Source of the DNA: Trueperaceae bacterium
Lineage (GTDB): Bacteria > Deinococcota > Deinococci > Deinococcales > Trueperaceae
Assembly (NCBI GenBank): GCA_035703635.1
Contig: DASSXV010000042.1
Coordinates: forward strand, 1-33,927
Direction of reading: 5' to 3'
Length of the DNA stretch: 33,927 nt
This document shows positions 27,286 to 33,927 of the stretch, in pieces. The notes beneath the pieces are model-generated. The model saw only the letters and a list, made by a program, of their open reading frames with translations. It did no database searches and was not told the origin of the DNA. Both the position numbers and the translations under genes were made by a program. Positions within the stretch are counted from its first letter, which is position 1; each line of letters begins with the position of its first letter.

Positions 27286-29924
27286 GCCTCACGCCCCAAC
27301 ACGACGTCGAGCGGACCGCGCACGCTCTCGATGGCCTCGGCCTTCGTCTCCAGGTAGTTGCCCACGCCGTACGCCGGGTAGGCGATGCGGGTGGCGGCGA
27401 ACGGCGACTTGAGGCCAGGGCCCGCTATGACCTTGCCTTGCAGGAGATTGGCGACTGCGAGAGTGGCCGACTCGGTGAGGGTGAGGATCGACGCGTCAGG
27501 GTCAGCGAGTGAGCGCGTGACTTCATGCCGTGGGTGTACGAGGATCGCCTCTACCGCCCACTCCTCGCCGAGCAATTGGCGCACTGCGACGGTGTAGAGC
27601 GTGCGCTGCAACTCCTCGCCGCCCTCGAGCCCTCCAGCTTCCTTTGGCGGCTTGCCTGACTTGAAGTCGAACACCCGCACGCGCATGCCATCGCGATCGA
27701 GTTCGAGGCGGTCGATGACGCCCCGGACCCGCAAGTCGGTGCCGGGGAGAACGACTGCGGCGTTCTGGCTCCACGGCAGAGCGGCACGCTCATCGTCGTT
27801 GTCTGCCCAGGTCGTGTACCCGAAGCGCACCTCAGCGTAGCTCTCCTGCCAGGCGGCTGGGCCGTCGTCGAAGGTCAGTGACCAGTGCGCCCACGCCTCG
27901 ACTGCCCGCAAAGTAGCGCGCCAGAGGACGGCGGGTGGCACGGGGTGCTCGGTCTCCCACCTGGCCGCCACCTCGCGGCACGCCTGCGCAACGGCGGCGG
28001 CAACGCCCAGCGTGCCGTGAGCCCCCGCGGCCAAGAGCCTGGCCGTTAGCTCGAGCACCTCGTGGAGCAAGGTGCCGAGCGCCGCCGGATCGAGCGCCAG
28101 GAGGTCCCCCTGGGGCTCGGGGCGGTGCCAACCAAGCGCGTACTGGGCGACGAAGGCGTGGGGGTCGAGGAGCAGCGTCTTGAGCGAGGTGGCAGAGTGC
28201 GTGCGGCCAAGCGCGCCAACCACGGCTGGGTGGTGTGGTCGCACGACGCCGTCGTGAGGTGTGAGGTTGGGTGAGTAGTGCGAGGCGTACGCGCTGCGCG
28301 CCATGGCGATCCGCGGGTCGCTGCGTAGCTCGGACGGGCGGAAGGCGCGGCGGTCGGCTTCGCTGAGGGCGTGGATGGCGCCGGCAACGGGGGCGCTGCT
28401 TGCCTGCCGGTTGTGCAGTTCGGCCAGGAGAGGACTAGGCGCCTGCGCGCGGCCGTCTGCTCCACGCCGCGGCCACGACGCCACTACCTTCTCGCGCGTA
28501 CCTGCTACTAGGGTGGAGAAGGTCTCGGCATCTACCTGCGCAACGCCCTTCTCACGTAACGCCGTCCCCGGCCGTAGCCGCTGAGGCAAGAGGGCGTCCT
28601 CGTCCGACCCGCGGCGTGGCCAAGATCTGGACGCTAGTCCAAGAAGGCGTGTCAACGGCCGCGGCCAAGACACCAAGGTGGCCGCCGGACCCCACAACAC
28701 CGCGGTAGCCGGGTCGACGCCGTCCGAGACGCGCAGATCCTGCAGGGACTGCTCGAGGACGCTGACCGGGCCGTCTGCCAGCGCCTGGCGCCAGAGCGCT
28801 GCCGCGCTGCCGCTCAGCCACCGCCCGGCCTTGCCGGCGGCGGCAAGGCCGGGCGTTACGTCCGCCACGAGGCGCTCGACGATCAACGCCTGCTCTGGTT
28901 CGCGGGCGGCTAGCTGCTCGAGGGCGCGCCGCCACTGCGGCACGTTAACTAGGTAGGCGTCCGGCTCGAGCTCATCTGCCCACGTCTCTGGGATGATCGC
29001 TAGTGGGCCAACGTTAGCGGCGCGCGCAGCGCTCAGCATGCGCTTGACGCGCTGCTGCGATGGGCCCCTCACGAGCATGTCGGCGAGGGCGGCCGTTACC
29101 TGACCGCATGCCGTATTCATGGCAGGCAACCCGTGGGCAGCGTGCAGCTTTATGCCAGCGTTCTCGGCCTGCGTGAGGACGGCATCGTCGTATGTGGCAA
29201 CGGCAACGGCGGCCATGGCCAGCTCCTCTGGCCGGCGCCCGGCGCTGAGTTGCGCGTGGACCCAGCGCAAGGCCTCAAGTGCCTCGTGGTCCGGATCTGC
29301 GCAACTGAGCACGCTGACGCTTGGCGTTTCCGGCCTTGCCGCCGACCACTTGATGCCTGGCGGCAGCCACGTTGGGGCGCTCTGCGAAGTGCCGAGCCAA
29401 GTGACTTCGACGTGCCCGGCGACGTCGGCTAGCAAGCCGCGGTAGAGCGGCGGTACGTCGGAAATCCGGTCCAGCTTGACCGGGCCAGTCAGCGTTGCCA
29501 CCAGGTGCGCTCGTTGGCGTGCCAAGCCGACGATCTGGTTCGGGAGCAGCGCGCCTGCGCCCAAAGCCGTTGCCACGTGGCGCTCCAACGCCGCCAGCTC
29601 AGCCCACCTGCCGCCCTTGCCTGCATGGTCGGCGAGGACGATGTTGGCGTGCCACGCCGCGACTAGGGTGCGCGCAGCCGCGCTAGCGAACCCAGGCATG
29701 GCGGCCAGGTCCCGCAAGCTCCCCAGTTCGGCCACGGGCGGCTCTTGGAGCGCCGAGCGCACCTCGGCCGCGCTAGCTGGCCGCAGGAACCCGCCAGCCA
29801 ACCGCGCAGCCAAGCCAGCAACGGTGGTTACCTCGTGCCCGATGCTTCTCTTGGCTGCAAGCTCGTCGCGCACGCGGCGCTCGCCAAGGCGGCCTGAGAC
29901 TATGTGTGTTGCGCGGCCGAGCAC
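27282..29924 (-). CDS. AddB-like protein with C-terminal PD-(D/E)XK nuclease
   Basis: GTG at 29924 after GAGGAGG; HSATSL, GTLLHEVLE, AEVRFG, RGVIDRLE, VFDFKSG, QRTLY; stop overlaps the AddA-like start (GTGA). Confidence 0.85.
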   Translation of the reverse strand: MLGRATHIVSGRLGERRVRDELAAKRSIGHEVTTVAGLAARLAGGFLRPASAAEVRSALQEPPVAELGSLRDLAAMPGFASAAARTLVAAWHANIVLADHAGKGGRWAELAALERHVATALGAGALLPNQIVGLARQRAHLVATLTGPVKLDRISDVPPLYRGLLADVAGHVEVTWLGTSQSAPTWLPPGIKWSAARPETPSVSVLSCADPDHEALEALRWVHAQLSAGRRPEELAMAAVAVATYDDAVLTQAENAGIKLHAAHGLPAMNTACGQVTAALADMLVRGPSQQRVKRMLSAARAANVGPLAIIPETWADELEPDAYLVNVPQWRRALEQLAAREPEQALIVERLVADVTPGLAAAGKAGRWLSGSAAALWRQALADGPVSVLEQSLQDLRVSDGVDPATAVLWGPAATLVSWPRPLTRLLGLASRSWPRRGSDEDALLPQRLRPGTALREKGVAQVDAETFSTLVAGTREKVVASWPRRGADGRAQAPSPLLAELHNRQASSAPVAGAIHALSEADRRAFRPSELRSDPRIAMARSAYASHYSPNLTPHDGVVRPHHPAVVGALGRTHSATSLKTLLLDPHAFVAQYALGWHRPEPQGDLLALDPAALGTLLHEVLELTARLLAAGAHGTLGVAAAVAQACREVAARWETEHPVPPAVLWRATLRAVEAWAHWSLTFDDGPAAWQESYAEVRFGYTTWADNDDERAALPWSQNAAVVLPGTDLRVRGVIDRLELDRDGMRVRVFDFKSGKPPKEAGGLEGGEELQRTLYTVAVRQLLGEEWAVEAILVHPRHEVTRSLADPDASILTLTESATLAVANLLQGKVIAGPGLKSPFAATRIAYPAYGVGNYLETKAEAIESVRGPLDVVLGREA

Positions 29925-30030
29925 TCGTGACCTCCTCGGTAATGGTTCTGCGAGGATAGCCCTAACCTGCGACAGGTAGCGCCGCACCGTGCGCCGGAGA
30001 CGAGCTAGTCGTGCCGCATACGTTGACCAC

Positions 30031-30059
30031 TTGACAAAAGACCGCGCCACCGCTAAAGT
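30031..30059 (+). promoter_or_regulatory. Sigma70-type promoter of the ABC exporter leader
   Basis: TTGACA-17 bp-TAAAGT. Confidence 0.8.
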
Positions 30060-30069
30060 CCCTGACGAT

Positions 30070-30165
30070 ATGGCAGGCGTTCTCAACCACGTCTTTGCGC
30101 GGCGGCGCCACAGCACCGGTGCCAAGCCGCTCATGGGAGAGGACTGCCTGTTCGCCGCTAAGTAA
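30070..30165 (+). CDS. Putative leader peptide MAGVLNHVFARRRHSTGAKPLMGEDCLFAAK (31 aa)
   Basis: ATG 10 nt after the -10 box; contains a segment complementary to the downstream terminator arm. Confidence 0.58.
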   Translation: MAGVLNHVFARRRHSTGAKPLMGEDCLFAAK

Positions 30166-30185
30166 CTACTAACGTTTTGCGCAGC

Positions 30186-30228
30186 GACCGTGGGCGGCCC
30201 CCCAGAAGGAGGCTCCCACGGTCTTTTT
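30186..30228 (+). terminator. Intrinsic terminator (attenuator) in the 5' leader of the ABC exporter
   Basis: GACCGTGGG / CCCACGGTC stem followed by TTTTT, located between promoter and first CDS. Confidence 0.82.
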
Positions 30229-30318
30229 CATGCCGTGTGGGTCAGCTACCAGCCCAGTTGAAAGCAGATGGCAAGACACTCGACACCAGAGCACCGCTCT
30301 GCGGAACAAGAGGCGAGC

Positions 30319-32142
30319 ATGACCTCAAGCACGGCACCGTCCGAACGAAGAACGACAAGAGGTGCGTTCGGCCTTTCGACCATATTGCTGCGTTACCTGG
30401 CACCACAGCGCGGCTGGGCGCTCGGCATGGCGCTGCTACTACTTGTCGCGACGGGCTTGCAGCTCCTCGTGCCCCAGCTGTTGCGGCGCTTCATCGATGG
30501 CGCGCTCGGCGCAGCGCCCGGTGCGGAACTCACGCGCATTGCCCTCACGTTCCTGGTAGTTGCGCTGCTAACCCAACTCCTGAATGCCGTCGCGACTTAC
30601 GTTGCGGCAGCGGTCGGCTGGACGGCAACGAACCTCCTGCGCGAGGACCTCGCCGCTCACACCCTCGACCTAGACATGGGATTCCATAACGCCCGCACTT
30701 CCGGGGAGATGATCGAGCGCCTCGACGGCGACGTCACGTCGCTCTCGAACTTCCTCTCCGTATTCTCCGTCCGCGTGTTCGGCGGCGCCCTGCTGCTCGT
30801 TGGCATCCTGGTCGCACTGTGGTTCGAGAACCGCCTGATGGGCGCGGTACTGACGGGCGTCGTGCTCCTCGAAGTCGTCGTGCTCTCACGGACGCGCCGC
30901 GCAGGCGTGCCTGCAACTCACCTCGAGCGCGAGGCGAACGCCAAGCTCTTCGGCTTCATCGAAGAGCGGCTGCACGGACTGGATGACCTGCGCGGCAATG
31001 GGGCGGGCGCCTACACGATGCACCGCTTCGGTGGGGTCATGCGCAACGTCTATCACGACACGCGCCGCGCTTGGATGCTCCGCAGCGTCGTGTGGCTATC
31101 GAGTTACGGGCTGATGTTGGTCGGCACGGCGCTAACCATCGGCACGTCCATCTACCTCGTCAGCCAGGGCGCCTTGTCGGTAGGCGCCGCTTACATGGTG
31201 TTCCAGTACCTTCTCATGCTTCAGAACCCCATCGAGCAGATCACTCAGCAACTGCAGGAACTGCAGAAGGCGGGGGCGGGCGTGCAGCGCGTAGGCGAGC
31301 TAATGAGCCTCACCCCGGCATTGCCGCGCGGTGGTAGCGAGCGTCTTCCTGCCGGGGCCTTGAGCGTGGAGTTCGACGCCGTCAGCTTCCACTACCCTGA
31401 CGTCGGCCCTGACCAACTCACCCTCGAGAACGTGACCTTCAGACTGGCACCCGGCACGCGCTTAGGCCTTCTCGGCCGCACCGGTTCGGGCAAGACCACC
31501 CTCACGCGTTTGCTGTTCAGGTTGTACGACCCGACTTCCGGGAGGGTGAGGCTCGGCGGAATGGACGCCTCCGCCGCTGACCTGCAAGGGTTGCGCTCAA
31601 GCGTCGGCCTCGTCTCGCAGGAAGTGCAGCTCTTTCGCGGGAGCTTGAGGCACAACCTGTCGTTCTTCGACGACAGCGTTGGCGACGACCGCATCCTGGC
31701 GGTGCTCGACGAACTCGACATGCGCGAGTGGCTGGAGCGCCAAGAGCACGGCCTTGACACCGAGATCGACTCAGGTGGCCGCAACCTCTCCGCTGGCGAG
31801 GCGCAACTCATCGCGTTCGCGCGGGTGTTCCTCGCGGACCCCGGCCTGATCGTCCTCGACGAACCATCTTCCCGCCTCGACCCGGCGACCGAGAGGCGCC
31901 TCGAGGCCGCCATGGAGCGCCTCCTGGCTGGGCGCACGGCCATCGTCATCGCCCACCGACTCGAGACCGTCGAGCGCGTAGACGAGATCCTCGTCATGGA
32001 GGGCGGCCGCGTCGTCGAGCATGGCCGCCGCGACCGGCTAGCACACGACCAACACTCGCGTTACGCCCGCTTGCGGCGCGCGGCGTTGAGCCTCGACCTA
32101 AACGCGGCCGCCAACAAGCACGCGTTGGAGGAACTCGCATGA
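30319..32142 (+). CDS. ABC exporter subunit 1 (TMD + NBD)
   Basis: TM domain, GRTGSGKT, LSAGEAQL (non-canonical signature), LIVLDE, IAHRL. Alternative start at 30268. Confidence 0.92.
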   Translation: MTSSTAPSERRTTRGAFGLSTILLRYLAPQRGWALGMALLLLVATGLQLLVPQLLRRFIDGALGAAPGAELTRIALTFLVVALLTQLLNAVATYVAAAVGWTATNLLREDLAAHTLDLDMGFHNARTSGEMIERLDGDVTSLSNFLSVFSVRVFGGALLLVGILVALWFENRLMGAVLTGVVLLEVVVLSRTRRAGVPATHLEREANAKLFGFIEERLHGLDDLRGNGAGAYTMHRFGGVMRNVYHDTRRAWMLRSVVWLSSYGLMLVGTALTIGTSIYLVSQGALSVGAAYMVFQYLLMLQNPIEQITQQLQELQKAGAGVQRVGELMSLTPALPRGGSERLPAGALSVEFDAVSFHYPDVGPDQLTLENVTFRLAPGTRLGLLGRTGSGKTTLTRLLFRLYDPTSGRVRLGGMDASAADLQGLRSSVGLVSQEVQLFRGSLRHNLSFFDDSVGDDRILAVLDELDMREWLERQEHGLDTEIDSGGRNLSAGEAQLIAFARVFLADPGLIVLDEPSSRLDPATERRLEAAMERLLAGRTAIVIAHRLETVERVDEILVMEGGRVVEHGRRDRLAHDQHSRYARLRRAALSLDLNAAANKHALEELA

Positions 32143-33927
32143 CCTACTCCGCTAACCCGCTTCGGCTGATGCTGGCCTTAGGCCGTCAACGCCGCTGGTA
32201 CTTCGTCATGACGAGCGTTCTGTGGGCGGTCATCCATAGCATGCCCGTACTGTTCGGGTTGGCGATGCGCGGCCTCTTCGACGCGCTAGCTGGTCCGCAG
32301 GCGGCCGGCCCTAACGCCTGGACTTACCTGGCACTCGGCCTCAGCGTTGACGCCGTGCGGCTCGTCGTGATGATCGGCGGCATCTACACCTGGGCGACGT
32401 GGTGGCTCGAGCTGACCCTGCACGTGCGCCGCTCGCTCCTCAGTTACCTACTCGAGGCGAGCGGTTCGCGGCGCCTACCAGACTCACCTAGTGAGGCGGT
32501 AACGCGCTTCCGCGACGACGCCAACGACATCGGCGAGTACTTCGAGCACTGGTGCGACTTCTGGGGCTTCGCTGCCTACGGAGTCGCCGCACTCGGCACC
32601 ATGCTGCTCATCAACCCGCTCATGACGTTGCTAGCGTGCGTGCCGCTCGCGCTCACCATCGTCCTCACCGGCCTCCTGCGCCCGCACATCCGCAATGCCC
32701 GGCGCCGTAGTCGCGAGGCAACCAGCCGCGTGACCGACTTCCTCGGTGAGACGTTCGGCAGCGTGCAGGCCGTCAAGGCGTCCGGGCGGGAACCGTTCGT
32801 GCTGCGGCACTACGTAGCCCTGAACACGGTGAGGAAGCGGACGGCCTTGACCGACACGCTGCTGACGGAGCTCTTCAGGAGCGTGACGGACAACATGGTG
32901 AACATCGCCACCGGGATCATCCTCCTGCTCGGAGCGACAGCCCTCGAGGACGGTTCATTCACCGTTGGCGACTTCGCGCTGTTCGTCACGTTCCTGCCGC
33001 GCCTTACGAGCGTCATGTCGTTCATGGGCTTGATGGTCGTGCAGCACAAGCGCACGGGCGTGGCGTTCGAGCGCCTCGGGCGCCTGCTCGTCGACGCGCC
33101 GGTAGCTGCCGTCGTCACCCCCCGCGAATACGACCTCGAGAACGCTCAAACGCCGTTCGTGCACGCGGACAAGGAAGTACAGCCGTTCGAGCGCCTAGAC
33201 GTGGCTGGCCTGACTGCCCACCACCCTGGTGGCGTTGCCGGAGTTGCCGACGTGAGCTTCTCTGTCGAGCGAGGCGAGTTCGTGGTCGTGACTGGCCGCA
33301 TCGGTTCTGGCAAGACGACTCTCCTGCGCGCCGTGCTCGGACTACTGCCGGTCGAGGCAGGGACGGTCTCGTGGAACGGCGTCGTCGTCGAGGACCCAGC
33401 GTCGTTCTTCACCCCTCCACGCAGCGCGTACACCTCGCAGGTCCCGCGACTCTTCTCGGACACGCTGCGGGAGAACGTCCTGCTCGGCTCAGGGCTTAGT
33501 GACGCCGACGTGGCCGCTGCTCTCGAGCTAGCAGTGTTGGGCGACGACCTGGCGGGCATGCGCGACGGGCTCGACACCGAGGTTGGCACCCGCGGCGTGA
33601 AGCTCTCAGGCGGCCAGGTGCAGCGCGCGGCGGCAGCACGCATGCTGCTGCGGCGGGCACAGCTCCTCGTGTTCGACGACATCTCGAGCGCCCTAGACGT
33701 CGAGACGGAGAGGCGCCTGTGGGACGGACTCTTCACAGCAGGTGAGACGACCTGCCTCGTCGTGTCGCATCGCCGCGCCGCGTTGGAGCGCGCCGACCGC
33801 GTGATCCTTCTAGAGGGCGGCCGCGTGGCGGCGCAGGGAACCCTCGCGGAGGTACTCGCCAGCTCGCCCGAGTTGGCGGCACTCCTCAGCGGTGAGCGCT
33901 CACCTGACGCTGGCAGGGCCGCGGCCC
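32139..33927 (+). CDS. ABC exporter subunit 2 (TMD + NBD), runs off window end
   Basis: Manual translation from ATG 32139 (GGAGG SD, ATGA overlap): MTYSANPLRLML..., GRIGSGKT, LSGGQVQR, LLVFDD, VSHR; no stop seen before 33927, which explains its absence from the track. Confidence 0.92.
   Translation, partial: MTYSANPLRLMLALGRQRRWYFVMTSVLWAVIHSMPVLFGLAMRGLFDALAGPQAAGPNAWTYLALGLSVDAVRLVVMIGGIYTWATWWLELTLHVRRSLLSYLLEASGSRRLPDSPSEAVTRFRDDANDIGEYFEHWCDFWGFAAYGVAALGTMLLINPLMTLLACVPLALTIVLTGLLRPHIRNARRRSREATSRVTDFLGETFGSVQAVKASGREPFVLRHYVALNTVRKRTALTDTLLTELFRSVTDNMVNIATGIILLLGATALEDGSFTVGDFALFVTFLPRLTSVMSFMGLMVVQHKRTGVAFERLGRLLVDAPVAAVVTPREYDLENAQTPFVHADKEVQPFERLDVAGLTAHHPGGVAGVADVSFSVERGEFVVVTGRIGSGKTTLLRAVLGLLPVEAGTVSWNGVVVEDPASFFTPPRSAYTSQVPRLFSDTLRENVLLGSGLSDADVAAALELAVLGDDLAGMRDGLDTEVGTRGVKLSGGQVQRAAAARMLLRRAQLLVFDDISSALDVETERRLWDGLFTAGETTCLVVSHRRAALERADRVILLEGGRVAAQGTLAEVLASSPELAALLSGERSPDAGRAAA

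Noticed and set aside
30023-30036. TTGACC-ac-TTGACA as a fourth direct-repeat promoter
   Set aside because: Period is 8 rather than 11, and the second hexamer sits 17 bp from TAAAGT, so it reads as an ordinary -35.
29925-30134. 70-aa N-terminal extension of the AddB-like ORF
   Set aside because: Overlaps the divergent promoter and leader; a strong GAGGAGG SD supports GTG 29924.
1-33927. CRISPR array, tRNA/rRNA genes, IS elements or integrase
   Set aside because: No regularly spaced repeats, no intergenic space with RNA-gene features, and no transposase or recombinase motifs seen.

Overview
High-GC bacterial chromosomal window, probably Deinococcota (Trueperaceae-like). This is inferred from several leaderless TANNNT-N5/7-start genes, an archaeal-type non-discriminating AspRS, HslUV and a BTAD-TPR regulator. 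Left to right: hslU (partial) and hslV; tdk; an ATPase-less SARP/BTAD-TPR regulator; an envelope/secreted gene block (small protein, membrane-anchored protein, catalytically dead transglutaminase-fold protein with a hydrophobic Cys-containing tail, 1815-aa EPND-repeat/discoidin/double-VWA protein, polytopic membrane protein); M20 amidohydrolase; CsgG/HfaB-like lipoprotein; ND-aspS; a nucleotidyltransferase-fold protein; ankyrin plus catalase; a ThiN-CMD fusion with a thiamine/Fe-type ABC ATPase and permease; an AddAB-like helicase-nuclease pair; and a heterodimeric ABC exporter (second gene partial). The best unannotated signals are non-coding: (1) three copies of a TTGAYN-N5-TTGACN-N9/10-TANNCT direct-repeat promoter that tie the secreted block and the CsgG-like gene into one putative SARP regulon; (2) a leaderless leader peptide with Asp-Asp-Asn codons and 1:2/2:3/3:4 attenuator pairing in front of ND-aspS; (3) a second leader-peptide attenuator (RRR motif) in front of the ABC exporter; (4) a catalase that appears to start at ATC. 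No rRNA, tRNA, CRISPR array or transposase was seen. All family assignments come from motif reading, not database searches.
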